NCBI GenBank assembly: GCA_964479955.1
Contig: CAYZNK010000002.1
Coordinates: forward strand, 156,955 to 220,954
Direction of reading: 5' to 3'
DNA: 64,000 bases
From: an uncultured Candidatus Saccharibacteria bacterium
Lineage (GTDB): Bacteria; Patescibacteriota; Minisyncoccia; Minisyncoccales; Staskawiczbacteraceae
Below, in pieces: positions 50,429-60,044 of the stretch; position 1 is the stretch's first letter, and each line of letters begins with the position of its first letter. The notes beneath the pieces are model-generated. The model did no database searches. It saw nothing but the letters and a program-made list of their open reading frames with translations, and had not been told where the DNA came from. Made by a program: the position numbers and the translations under genes.

Positions 50429-51733
50429 TTAAAATCTGTCAGCAAGCTTGTATACATCCCCCGCCCCCATAATCATCAAAACATCCCCTGTCTTTATATT
50501 TTCTTTTACAAACTTTTCTATGTCGCACCTTCCTTCGCCTGAGGCTTCGGACGGGCAAGCAATAGAAATATACCTGACATTTTTGCGGTTTATTTTTTTA
50601 ACAAGCTTTTCAGAATTAATCTCGCTTTTTATGCCCTTTGTTTCTCTGCCAGCCACATCATAAATATCAGTTATAATAATTTCATTTACAGGAGCTGAAC
50701 GGAATGTTTTTACAAAGTCGTCAAACAAATAAAATGTCCTCTGGTATTGATGGGGTTGAAAAACGCACCATATTGTTTTATTAGGATATTTTTCTCTTGC
50801 TGACTGCAATGTTGCCTTAACTTCATTTGGATGATGGGCATAATCAGAAATTACTGCAATATTTTTATTGCCCGCTTTTCCTTTTTTTATTTCAAACCTT
50901 CTCCATGTCCCTTTAAATTCGGAAAGTGATTTAAACGAAATTTTATCAGGCACTCCTAAAATTCTGGCAACCTGCAAAACAGCCAAGGCATTTGAAACAT
51001 TGTGCTGACCCGGGATTTTCAGAATACTTTGGATTTTTTTGGCTTCTTTTTGGCTTAACGAATAATTTTTAATTCCAAATCTTGATTTTTTTATTACGGG
51101 CATAGCCTTGATGTCAGCATTAAAGACCAAAAATCCGTTTTCGGGAAGTTTTAAAATAAAATCTTTAAATACTTTTTTAACATTGGCAAAAGTTTTAAAA
51201 TAATCCATGTGCTCCCTATCAATGTTTGTAATAACAATTATTTCAGGATAATAATTCAAAAACGACGAATTATATTCGCACGCTTCAATAACCAAAAACT
51301 TGCTTTTGCCAAATCTAAAATTATTATTGCCAAATTCCTTTACTTTTGTGCCAACAATCACGGTCGGGTCCAAACCCGCCCTTTGCATTAAAATCCCAAT
51401 CATTGCGGTTGTTGTGCTTTTTCCATGAGCCCCCGCAACAGCGATTGTATAATAATCTTTTGTTATTTTTCCCAGGGCTTCAGGATAGCTTTGGCACTTT
51501 ATTTTTGCGTCTGAAAACTTTTTTAATTCAGGATTGCTCTTCTTGACAGCCGGGCTGTAAATAACCAAATCAGGATTTTCAGGAACAGAAAATATAACCC
51601 CTTTTTCTTTTAAAAAATCTGCAATTTCACTCATTGCCAAGTCAGACCCCGAAACTTCGTGGGCTTTTGACAAATAATACTGGGCTAAAGCCGACATCCC
51701 TATTCCGCCTATGCCTATAAAATGTATTTTCAT
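50429..51733 (-). CDS. murC: UDP-N-acetylmuramate--L-alanine ligase
   Basis: IHFIGIGGIGMSALA, AGAHGKSTTTAM. Confidence 0.95.
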   Translation of the reverse strand: MKIHFIGIGGIGMSALAQYYLSKAHEVSGSDLAMSEIADFLKEKGVIFSVPENPDLVIYSPAVKKSNPELKKFSDAKIKCQSYPEALGKITKDYYTIAVAGAHGKSTTTAMIGILMQRAGLDPTVIVGTKVKEFGNNNFRFGKSKFLVIEACEYNSSFLNYYPEIIVITNIDREHMDYFKTFANVKKVFKDFILKLPENGFLVFNADIKAMPVIKKSRFGIKNYSLSQKEAKKIQSILKIPGQHNVSNALAVLQVARILGVPDKISFKSLSEFKGTWRRFEIKKGKAGNKNIAVISDYAHHPNEVKATLQSAREKYPNKTIWCVFQPHQYQRTFYLFDDFVKTFRSAPVNEIIITDIYDVAGRETKGIKSEINSEKLVKKINRKNVRYISIACPSEASGEGRCDIEKFVKENIKTGDVLMIMGAGDVYKLADRF

Positions 51734-51736
51734 ATT

Positions 51737-52321
51737 TTATCCGCTTAATTTTTGGGAATCCAAGACTGTATATCTTGGCCCGCCTTTTTTTAATTCAGAT
51801 TCCATAACTTCAATTGATTCTGCAGAAAAAACCAAGTCAATGTCTTCTGAAACATCCGGAATTTCATCTGGCTCTGTTTTTCTAAATTCCCAGGCTGAAA
51901 TCCTTGCCAAAGTGATATGCGGAAAAAACTTTCTTTGCTCCGGCTTAAACCTCACTTTTTCCAGCAAACGGTTTTGCAAGTCTTTTTTTAAATCCAAAAG
52001 CTCTTGGCAATTTTCTCCTTCTGCCCATATCATTTTTGGAATTTTATTTTTTTCTTTTAAATAATCATTTGGCCCATACAAAATCTTCTTCAAATTTATT
52101 GAAAATGGCCCATGAAGCTTTGCTGTTTCTTTTACTGCCATGCAGGCATCCCCTATTTCCTGAACTGTAAGATCGCCCAAAAACTCCAATGTAATATGAA
52201 GATTATCTCTGGCCGTCCATTTGCATGGAAGTTCTGAATATTTTGATTCAACCTTTGCCAGCTCTTTTTTTATATCCTCTGGCAAATTTATTGCTATAAA
52301 AATCCTGTGTCGTTTTTCCAT
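51737..52321 (-). CDS. thpR: RNA 2',3'-cyclic phosphodiesterase (2H family, ThpR/LigT)
   Basis: Two HxT motifs: HITLEFLG and HITLARI. Confidence 0.85.
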   Translation of the reverse strand: MEKRHRIFIAINLPEDIKKELAKVESKYSELPCKWTARDNLHITLEFLGDLTVQEIGDACMAVKETAKLHGPFSINLKKILYGPNDYLKEKNKIPKMIWAEGENCQELLDLKKDLQNRLLEKVRFKPEQRKFFPHITLARISAWEFRKTEPDEIPDVSEDIDLVFSAESIEVMESELKKGGPRYTVLDSQKLSG

Positions 52322-52358
52322 ATGATTATTTTACCAAAAAAATCGGCTTCTTTCACTA

Positions 52359-52388
52359 TTGACAATAAATATATAAATATGCTATAAT
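52359..52388 (+). promoter_or_regulatory. near-consensus sigma70-type promoter of a GC-rich cassette
   Basis: TTGACA (52359-52364), 18-nt spacer, TATAAT (52383-52388). Confidence 0.6.
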
Positions 52389-52429
52389 AAAATATAGGCG
52401 TAAAACATCGAGACCAGGAGAAAAAAGCC

Positions 52430-52630
52430 GTGAGCGATATCAAAGCCGGAGATAAGGTTAAACTCACAGAACACTATGTTTCAAACCTCAAGAGAGAACC
52501 AAAGAAGGCTTTTTCCGGAGAGCTTATTGTGTTGGCCTCAGAAGGAGGAAAAGTATTCCTTTCCAATGGAAAACAACACGGACTCTGCAAGCACACCTGC
52601 TCGGAAAAACATGTCCGCAAAATATCATAG
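52430..52630 (+). CDS. hypothetical small protein (66 aa, GTG start, GC-richer cassette)
   Basis: AGGAG lies 9 nt upstream of the GTG. MSDIKAGDKVKLTEHYVSNLKREPKKAFSGELIVLASEGGKVFLSNGKQHGLCKHTCSEKHVRKIS. Confidence 0.5.
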   Translation: MSDIKAGDKVKLTEHYVSNLKREPKKAFSGELIVLASEGGKVFLSNGKQHGLCKHTCSEKHVRKIS

Positions 52631-52723
52631 TTTACCGCCGCACAACATAGGCTTGTTCAGAAATGGACGGCCTCTTTTTTTTCTTTGAAAAATTGATAAT
52701 ATAAAATTAAATAAGGCAAACTT

Positions 52724-53395
52724 ATGAATAAAGAAATTTCCCAGATTTTTAAAGAAATTATTAAACTCCTGGAAATAAAAGGAGACAAAGCTTTAAATTA
52801 TAAAATAAGGGCGTATAAAAATGCCATAAATATTTTGGAAAATCTTTCCGAAGATATTTCTGAAATTTATAAAAAATCAGGAATTGAAGGAATTAAAAAA
52901 CTAGGGATCGGGGAAAAAAACGCAAAAAAAATTGAAGAGTATGCAAAGAAGCAAAAAATAAAAGACTTTGAAGAGCTTAAAGAAGAAACTGCTATAAGGC
53001 AAGTTATCACCCATTTTTTTCTGTCAAAGGGCTTAGGGTTGCAAGAATTGAAAGAAAATGCTAAAAAAAGGAAGATAATCTATTCAAGGTACACAAAGCC
53101 TGCAAAACAGCTGTTGGAATTAGCCGGTGGAATTGAAAAAGCAAAAGAAGCAATCAGTAAAGTTGCCTCTTGGGCAAATTCAAGGAAATTAGACTATACA
53201 ATTGAAACTGTCTTTAAAAAATGGTTGGAATTGGACAGGCTGAAACCAAAAGAAATTGTAAAAAAACCGTTTTACAAGGGAGACCCGATGATTTATTCAG
53301 AAACAAAAAAGAAATGGTTTGTAATTTCAAAATACGGTGAATGGCTTGAATTTGCAGACAAAGAAAACACTATTGAATGGAAAATCATTGAATAA
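52724..53395 (+). CDS. hypothetical protein with PolX-N-terminal-like helix-hairpin-helix region
   Basis: NKEISQIFKEIIKLLEIKGDKALNYKIRAYKNAINILENL resembles the 8-kDa domain of family X polymerases. No polymerase core is present. Confidence 0.55.
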   Translation: MNKEISQIFKEIIKLLEIKGDKALNYKIRAYKNAINILENLSEDISEIYKKSGIEGIKKLGIGEKNAKKIEEYAKKQKIKDFEELKEETAIRQVITHFFLSKGLGLQELKENAKKRKIIYSRYTKPAKQLLELAGGIEKAKEAISKVASWANSRKLDYTIETVFKKWLELDRLKPKEIVKKPFYKGDPMIYSETKKKWFVISKYGEWLEFADKENTIEWKIIE

Positions 53396-53488
53396 TTAAT
53401 ACATCAACGAATAACAAATTCTGCCTGTTGGCGGATTACGAATATATGAATATATGAATTTGCATTTCGCTGGTGAAGTTAAGTAAAC

Positions 53489-54049
53489 ATGCTAACACAT
53501 ACAGATTTAAAAAAAGGAGTTGAATTTATTTACGAGGGCCAGCCTTGGGTGGTTTTAGAGGCCCAGCTTTTAAAAATGGCGCAAAGGCGCCCTGTTATAC
53601 AAAGCAAAATAAAAAATTTAATAGACGGCAAAGTTCAGGAAAAAAATTTCCAACAGGGGGATGTTTTTGAGGAAGCTGATTTGCAAAAGCGTGAAATAAA
53701 ATACCTTTACCAAAACAAAGGCCAGTATTTTTTTTGCGAACCAAACGACCCTTCAAAAAGATTTTTTTTCACAGAAGAACAGATAGGCCCACAGGCAAAA
53801 TTTTTAAAACCAAATGAAATTGTGGTTGGTATTGTTTATGAAGATAAAATCATAAACTTTAAACTTCCAATAAAAGTTGAGCTAAAAGTAAAAGAAACTC
53901 CGCCGGGCATCAAAGGAAACACCGCCCAAGGAGGAACAAAAGAAGCTAAAATGGAATCTGGAGCCGTAATACAGGTTCCACTATTTATTGAAGAAGGAGA
54001 TACCCTTGAAATCAACACAGAAACAGAACAATACGTCCGCCGCGTATAA
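53489..54049 (+). CDS. efp: elongation factor P
   Basis: DLKKGVEFIYEGQPWVVLE...KPGIKGNTAQGGTKEAKMESGAVIQVPLFI. Confidence 0.95.
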   Translation: MLTHTDLKKGVEFIYEGQPWVVLEAQLLKMAQRRPVIQSKIKNLIDGKVQEKNFQQGDVFEEADLQKREIKYLYQNKGQYFFCEPNDPSKRFFFTEEQIGPQAKFLKPNEIVVGIVYEDKIINFKLPIKVELKVKETPPGIKGNTAQGGTKEAKMESGAVIQVPLFIEEGDTLEINTETEQYVRRV

Positions 54050-54073
54050 AAATAAAAAAGTAAGAGTATAAAT

Positions 54074-54117
54074 AAAATGTCGGAAAATTTCACGGCCGTG
54101 AAATTTTCCGACATTTT
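54074..54117. terminator. bidirectional intrinsic terminator (perfect 44-bp palindrome)
   Basis: AAAATGTCGGAAAATTTCACGG|CCGTGAAATTTTCCGACATTTT between the convergent efp and the 1027-aa gene. Confidence 0.85.
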
Positions 54118-54134
54118 ATTTATTGACCGTAGCG

Positions 54135-57100
54135 CTAACTCTTCATCAAAGCTATCTGTTCATAAAGCATTTGTATGACTTGAGTAATAAGAGTTATGAG
54201 CTGTTGTTTTAATTGAGCAATCACTGCTTCTTTCTGAGATGATGTTTGCTCTTGGGTTGTTGTCTGGGTATTTTCTTGCTGTTGTGAGCTTGTTGATTGT
54301 TCTGTTTGTGTTGTCTGCTGGGTGGTTCCTGTTTGTTCGGTTCCAATCTTTGAGAATGTTGCTGAAATGGAGTGTGAGTTATCTATGGAGCTGAATGTGT
54401 AGGATGGCTGTGCTCCGATGGAAACTCCGTCAACTAAGACATCTGCTATCTGGTAACCTGAGTTTGGGGTGATATTGAATGTTTGGCTGGTTCCGGAGTA
54501 AAACATCAGACCCCAGGAAGGGCTTATCTTTCCATTGGGTCCTGGAGACACGGAGACATCAAAGAAGAGCGACGGAGGAGCGCCTCCGCCAGCGGTAGTG
54601 GTGGTGGCGTTGCTCCAGGTTAATGTGAATGTGTCTGAATTTGAATTTCCAGCATTGTCTGACGCTGTAAAACTGATTACGTATGTACCGTCAGTGTCTG
54701 CTGTTATTGTTGTGCTTAATGCAGTGGCTGTTCCAAAGGTTACTGTGCCAGAACCTGAAACCTTTGCCCACTGGTAGGTTGATGCGTTGATTCCGCCTGA
54801 GTCTGTTGCTGTGGCTGTTTGGGTAAAACTGGCTGTTTTTGTTTGGTCGTCTCCTGCGCTTACTGTTGGGTTGACGTTGTCTACTCCAAAAGAGTCTGTT
54901 GTGTAGGCTGACAAACCGCCTCCGCCGTCTGACGGAGTGATTTTAATGTAGACTGTGGAGTCTTCGGTTGTTGGCAGGTCTGTTGCTGTGTCCCAGACAA
55001 AAGTGTGGGACGTACCTCCGGATGAAGAGGCTAATCCGGTTGTTCCGTCGCCTCCTGAACCTTGTGTTGCTGTTGACCAGTTTGAGTTGTCTGTTGAGTA
55101 TTGCACTGTCAAAGTGTTTGTGTCCGCGTCAGCGTCAGTGAGACTGTATGTGATTGTCATGTCTCCTGTGTTCCAGGTATCCGGGCTGGTGTAGCTTATT
55201 GACGGGGCTGTGTTGCTGTTGGCTACGGCTCCGATATCACCGCTGTCGTGAGCTGTTCCTCGGAGAGCTGCGTTGGTGGGGGCGAAACCGGCAAAAATTG
55301 CATCAATTAAACTAGAAATCCTACTGGTATTTTCTCTCAAACGATAAGCTGATTGATATTCCCAATTAGTTCTAAATGTTGCAACGGCTCCGGGCTTTCC
55401 ATTAGTCGCATGCCCAGCCTCCGATGTGTGGGCGGTTATACAACGATAATTAATTGTTGCTCCTCCGTAAAATCCAGCAGTTGCAGCAGAAACTACATCG
55501 CCAACCACATAAGCTGTTGCATCTGCCCAAGCTGTTCCTTGTACGTTTTCTAAGCCCCATGAAGCCGTATCATAAAGCGGCAGTGTTCGTGTTTCGTCAA
55601 CAAATTCAGGGTCGCCACTGCCACCGTTTATATCAAGGGTTGATGTATTAACAGTAAACATATCATTAGTACTATTATCATCTTGAAATCCATTGCCCTC
55701 TGTCCCCTCTGCAAGATTAGACGCCCAGTTATAATCAATCTCTGTTGGGTCAATCAAATCCTGCACCGCAGACGAAACTGATCTCCATGCCTTAAAACCA
55801 GGCGTTTTTCCACTCGGCGTATGAAAAATATTTGATTTAAATGACTCTAATTTACCGGCGTTCATATGATTTGAATAACCCACACACACCCCAGATTCAC
55901 CATCATCTGATACTATTACCGTATTATGTTCATAAACAATACGTGCGTTATCTCCGCTATCGGCATATTGAAAATTAGTACCAGCTCCCGTGCCGGCAAC
56001 ATTTGGCAAATAAACCGACCTTGTAATAGTTGCGACATTAGCCACATCGCATGTTGGTTGGAATATTGTTGCATCGCTTGATATATCGGAGTTATCGGTG
56101 TGAAAAATAAATTGGTCTATCTCTACGTCTCCGTATTGAGTCATTACATTAAGAAGATGTGAGTTAACTTGGCCATTTGTCATTAAATATGTGCGATTCA
56201 TACTGCGATATGTTGTTATTGGAGTAAGGTCTTCCCAACCAAAAATGAAATTGTTTTGCCATGATGTAAATGTTCCAGTAGTGTGTAATACTGATCCATA
56301 AACATAGTTATCCTCAAATGTAATATCATATTTAGTGTCAACTCCTACATTTCCTCCAACAAAAACATTACCGGTAACGGTCCTTGCCCCAGAAGCAACT
56401 GTAGATGTTCCACCTAAGGTCAAACAATAACCATTGTAGTTTGATGGATTGGTGATAGTATTATTTGTAAAAACATACGGCTCAGTTGTTGCTGTTAACA
56501 CGACCCTCCTGCAATTATCAAATGTACAATTATCAATGGTTCCATAATCAGATGAAAAAATAAGAGAAAAACCACTGCCACCGTCGTTTCCAAGATTTTG
56601 AAAGTCACAATATTCTGCGTGAAAACCATTCCCAGCGGTTGACCAACCTACCAAAAAATTGCCTGTACGCTGGCCAGAAACAGCACCAAATGTACACCTA
56701 TTATTCGACTCTCCGAAGATACGAATTTGCTGCACTGATGCGCCATTGAACGTATAATATTGACCAGTGGCGGACGAATCAAAAAGAAATGAGGCACCTG
56801 CATTTAAATGTATTGCCCCTTTTTTAGAAACATTGCCTTTTACTGTAAGTGTTACATCTGTGTCTATTGTAAGTGTTGCTGTGCCCATTATCAATACATT
56901 TGTAGTCGTATCATTTGGCGATGTGCCAATCGTAGTATTTACATCAACCGTAACATTATGGTTGATAGTTGCTGTATCCCCTTCTCCCGGGACAACTCCG
57001 CCGGTCCAAGTAGATGTTGATGACCAATTTCCAGATTGAGCTGATGTTATTGCAGCTGCGCTTGCGGAGTTTGGGATAAAACAAAACGCCGCAAGTAAAA

Positions 57101-57218
57101 TTACGGCAAAGAATATTAAAATTTTCCGGGCGTTACCTGTCCTGAGCCGCGAGGGAGGATTTACTCTCTCTCTCTCTCTCTCGGATTTTGATTTAATTTG
57201 TATACCCTCTTCATTCAT
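54135..57218 (-). CDS. large secreted surface protein (parallel beta-helix plus Ig/PKD-like repeats plus Q/T-rich C-terminal coiled coil)
   Basis: TM/signal ILIFFAVILLAAFCFIPNSASA; SGNWSSTSTWTGGVVPGEGDTATINHNVTV beta-helix-type repeats; PTVSAGDDQT PKD-like repeat; Thr/Gln-rich tail. Confidence 0.85.
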   Translation of the reverse strand: MNEEGIQIKSKSERERERVNPPSRLRTGNARKILIFFAVILLAAFCFIPNSASAAAITSAQSGNWSSTSTWTGGVVPGEGDTATINHNVTVDVNTTIGTSPNDTTTNVLIMGTATLTIDTDVTLTVKGNVSKKGAIHLNAGASFLFDSSATGQYYTFNGASVQQIRIFGESNNRCTFGAVSGQRTGNFLVGWSTAGNGFHAEYCDFQNLGNDGGSGFSLIFSSDYGTIDNCTFDNCRRVVLTATTEPYVFTNNTITNPSNYNGYCLTLGGTSTVASGARTVTGNVFVGGNVGVDTKYDITFEDNYVYGSVLHTTGTFTSWQNNFIFGWEDLTPITTYRSMNRTYLMTNGQVNSHLLNVMTQYGDVEIDQFIFHTDNSDISSDATIFQPTCDVANVATITRSVYLPNVAGTGAGTNFQYADSGDNARIVYEHNTVIVSDDGESGVCVGYSNHMNAGKLESFKSNIFHTPSGKTPGFKAWRSVSSAVQDLIDPTEIDYNWASNLAEGTEGNGFQDDNSTNDMFTVNTSTLDINGGSGDPEFVDETRTLPLYDTASWGLENVQGTAWADATAYVVGDVVSAATAGFYGGATINYRCITAHTSEAGHATNGKPGAVATFRTNWEYQSAYRLRENTSRISSLIDAIFAGFAPTNAALRGTAHDSGDIGAVANSNTAPSISYTSPDTWNTGDMTITYSLTDADADTNTLTVQYSTDNSNWSTATQGSGGDGTTGLASSSGGTSHTFVWDTATDLPTTEDSTVYIKITPSDGGGGLSAYTTDSFGVDNVNPTVSAGDDQTKTASFTQTATATDSGGINASTYQWAKVSGSGTVTFGTATALSTTITADTDGTYVISFTASDNAGNSNSDTFTLTWSNATTTTAGGGAPPSLFFDVSVSPGPNGKISPSWGLMFYSGTSQTFNITPNSGYQIADVLVDGVSIGAQPSYTFSSIDNSHSISATFSKIGTEQTGTTQQTTQTEQSTSSQQQENTQTTTQEQTSSQKEAVIAQLKQQLITLITQVIQMLYEQIALMKS
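57164..57182. repeat. (CT)9 / (GA)9 dinucleotide tract inside the 5' end of the 1027-aa ORF
   Basis: The plus strand reads CTCTCTCTCTCTCTCTCTC. It encodes ..SERERERV.. at codons 12-19, upstream of the signal/TM segment. Confidence 0.95.
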
Positions 57219-57229
57219 TTTTTAAAAAT

Positions 57230-57517
57230 TTAAAATACTCGCAATTTATCAATTTCTGACGCTTCTTGGTCAGATAAAATCTGATTCTTTCTCAAAGCAT
57301 TGTTATGAATTTCCAAAACCTTTTTCTGCCCTTCACTCTGAGAATCTTCAATTATCTTCTCCTATGTAAGTGTTTTTAATTCCTTCAATATTTCGTCTTG
57401 TCCAGTCAAAATTTCGTTTTTAAACTCAGCGATATCGTCTTTTTTGGCAAAATCTTTTATATCCTCTTTTGTTGCAAAAACATCAATTAATTTTTGTATG
57501 TCTTCGTTGTCTAACAT
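57230..57517 (-). pseudogene. small helical protein ORF interrupted by an in-frame TAG
   Basis: Own reading: MLDNEDIQKLIDVFATKEDIKDFAKKDDIAEFKNEILTGQDEILKELKTLT, then TAG (57364-57362), then EKIIEDSQSEGQKKVLEIHNNALRKNQILSDQEASEIDKLRVF and stop. Confidence 0.35.
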
Positions 57518-57560
57518 ATTTTTTATTTATATTTCTATTATATCTTCATAGAAACCTTTG

Positions 57561-60014
57561 TCAATTAACTGGCGGAGGCGACGGGGGTTCAATAAATGAC
57601 CTTTGGCTGATTTCTGACTCAACTGTTTCCTTGGGCTTGCCGTATTTTAATTTTGATATTTTTTTAATTGGCTCTACAATATTTGGCTTTCCTTTATGAA
57701 AAGGCAGCAACTGCATTTTGAAAGGCGTGGAAGTTTTTCCGTTTATCATCATTTTAACAATTAGGTTCAGGTTATCTAAGTTAATCAGGTCAAATTTTGA
57801 AAAAACTGGCATAAACTGTTTTTCCAAACTCTCTGCATCTTCAGCTCCAACGCGGAAACTTCCCATTGTGCCAACATTTCCCAAAACAGCATCTTTAATT
57901 TCATCTTTTAACTGGGGCATATACTGATGGGCCATAATTAAGTTTAACCTGTATTTTCTGGCTTCAGACAAAATTGTGGAAATTGAATCTGTTGTGAAGT
58001 TTTGGAATTCGTCAATATACAAATAAAAATCTTTTCTTTCTTCCTCTGGAATCCTTGCGCGTTTCATTGCGGCCATCTGCATTTTTGAAACCAAAATCAA
58101 TCCAAGTAAGGAGCTGTTTACCTCTCCCGTTAATCCTTTTGACAAGTTTGCCAAAAAGATTTTTTTATTATCCATTATTTCAGCTAAATCAAATCCGGAA
58201 TGCGACTGTCCAATTATATTTCTCATCATTTCGTTTTCAATAAATCTGCCCAGTTTTGAAACAACGTAACCCAGCATATCTGACCTTGTAGAGCCCGTTG
58301 TTTGGGCCCATTCTTTTAGCCAGAAATTTTTAACAATTGGGTCTGAAACATTTTTTATCCTTTCTTGCAAAAAACCCGGGTCTGTAAACATCTTTGGAAT
58401 TTCAACCAAAGTTCCTGGGTTTTTCTGGTCTGCCATTAAGGCCAGCATTGCATTTCTCATATAATGCTCAAACATAGGGCCTATGATTTCTGGCGGAAAA
58501 AGCTTCATAAAAATTGCAATCATTTCCTGCACTGCAAAATCTTTTTGCCCCGGTGAGTCATATTCTAGCATATTAAGCCCGCAGGGCCTCTCTGTGTCAA
58601 ACGGCTCAAATAAAACAACATCTTCCACCCTGGATTTTGGAATATTTGCCAAAGTGTCTTCTACTAAGTCTCCATGCGGGTCTATAACAGCAACACCTTG
58701 GCCACTTTCAATGTCCTGCCTTATCATATCTCTTATTAAAGAAGTTTTTCCTGTTCCTGTTTGCCCTACAATATAAAAATGCCTTCTTCTGTCTTCATTA
58801 TTGGCAAAATAAACATCTTTTTCTTCTCCCCTGAATAAAACCTTGCCTATTAAATTAACCCCTGATTCCGGCAAATCGGCAGGAGGAGCGGAAGCTACAG
58901 ACTTTACTGATTTTATGTACGGAGTTTCTATAAAATGATTTGGGAAATGATAAACAGAAGCAAGCTCTTCTAAATTTAATATATTTGTCTGCTTTACATT
59001 AAAATTTCTGAAGCTGAAATCATAAACTAATTTTTTCAGCTCTTTTTTAAAAACTTCTTTTGGTTCCAGGCTGTTGACAGAGGACATTGAAAACTGCCCA
59101 AAAGAAGAAATAAGCTGATTGAGAATTTCCCTTGCCCTGTTTTCTGATTGCGCGGATGCCAATATCCTTATATTTGTTTCAAAGGGCTTTTTCTGTATTT
59201 TCCCTTGTATAGCATCATATGGCTTTTGGTCAAAACTTTGATTTTTTGAAAAACCCTGCTGATTTGAATCCTTTTCTTTGCTATTTTGGGGCGATTCAAA
59301 CATTTCGCTGATAACTTCCAATACACCGGAACTTGATGCCTGATAAACCGCATCCTTGACTGATTTTCCCTCCCTGATTTTTTTGAGCGCCCTCTCCCCT
59401 TTTTTTCTAAAATTAAAGCTTGTCAGGGGCCTTATTACAACCTGCACAGCGGCTCCTTCATTAGCTGTTATTTTGCTTAAATTATTTGTTATCAAGGCCA
59501 AGGGGTCTTTTTCCAAAATTTGGTATGTGCTTATTGGCAGAAGAGGATTTGTAAAAAGTTTTAAATAAGCTCCCGCAACTGCCCCCTGGGGCTCAAAAAT
59601 AGTATAGTCCTGCGGAATTTTTTCTACCAAAGCGTCAGAATAAATTCCCTGAACATATTTTTCAAAAACAGTTTCCAGATATTTTGGAACCGCAACATAA
59701 AAAGAAATGTCAGAACCCCCTATCTGTGAAGCAACCTCAAAAGCAACACAAGGAGGGTCCTGAAAGAGCTTTGGTTTTCTTAGATATAAAAAATTAGAAA
59801 AAACCTGCTCCATTTGGGAAATCAGATTTTTTTCATCTTTATCTTTTGACCCGTCTTTTTTGTTAAAGTTATCAGGCATCGTTACCAAAAACAAAACCTT
59901 GTCCAGGCCGGAAAAAACAGAGGATTTCTCTCTTGCCTCGTATCTTAAGGAAACAAAAAATGCCGCGACAATTAAGAAAAAAGCTAAAATAAATCCCGCG
60001 ATGATTATTTCCAT
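57561..60014 (-). CDS. membrane-anchored TraD/VirD4/TrwB-like (type IV coupling protein-type) P-loop ATPase
   Basis: N-terminal TM helix. HFYIVGQTGTGKTSLIRDMIRQDIESGQGVAVIDPHGDL (Walker A context) and LYIDEFQNF (Walker B). Confidence 0.6.
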   Translation of the reverse strand: MEIIIAGFILAFFLIVAAFFVSLRYEAREKSSVFSGLDKVLFLVTMPDNFNKKDGSKDKDEKNLISQMEQVFSNFLYLRKPKLFQDPPCVAFEVASQIGGSDISFYVAVPKYLETVFEKYVQGIYSDALVEKIPQDYTIFEPQGAVAGAYLKLFTNPLLPISTYQILEKDPLALITNNLSKITANEGAAVQVVIRPLTSFNFRKKGERALKKIREGKSVKDAVYQASSSGVLEVISEMFESPQNSKEKDSNQQGFSKNQSFDQKPYDAIQGKIQKKPFETNIRILASAQSENRAREILNQLISSFGQFSMSSVNSLEPKEVFKKELKKLVYDFSFRNFNVKQTNILNLEELASVYHFPNHFIETPYIKSVKSVASAPPADLPESGVNLIGKVLFRGEEKDVYFANNEDRRRHFYIVGQTGTGKTSLIRDMIRQDIESGQGVAVIDPHGDLVEDTLANIPKSRVEDVVLFEPFDTERPCGLNMLEYDSPGQKDFAVQEMIAIFMKLFPPEIIGPMFEHYMRNAMLALMADQKNPGTLVEIPKMFTDPGFLQERIKNVSDPIVKNFWLKEWAQTTGSTRSDMLGYVVSKLGRFIENEMMRNIIGQSHSGFDLAEIMDNKKIFLANLSKGLTGEVNSSLLGLILVSKMQMAAMKRARIPEEERKDFYLYIDEFQNFTTDSISTILSEARKYRLNLIMAHQYMPQLKDEIKDAVLGNVGTMGSFRVGAEDAESLEKQFMPVFSKFDLINLDNLNLIVKMMINGKTSTPFKMQLLPFHKGKPNIVEPIKKISKLKYGKPKETVESEISQRSFIEPPSPPPVN

Positions 60015-60044
60015 AATACTTTATAAATTTAAAATTACAGAAAT

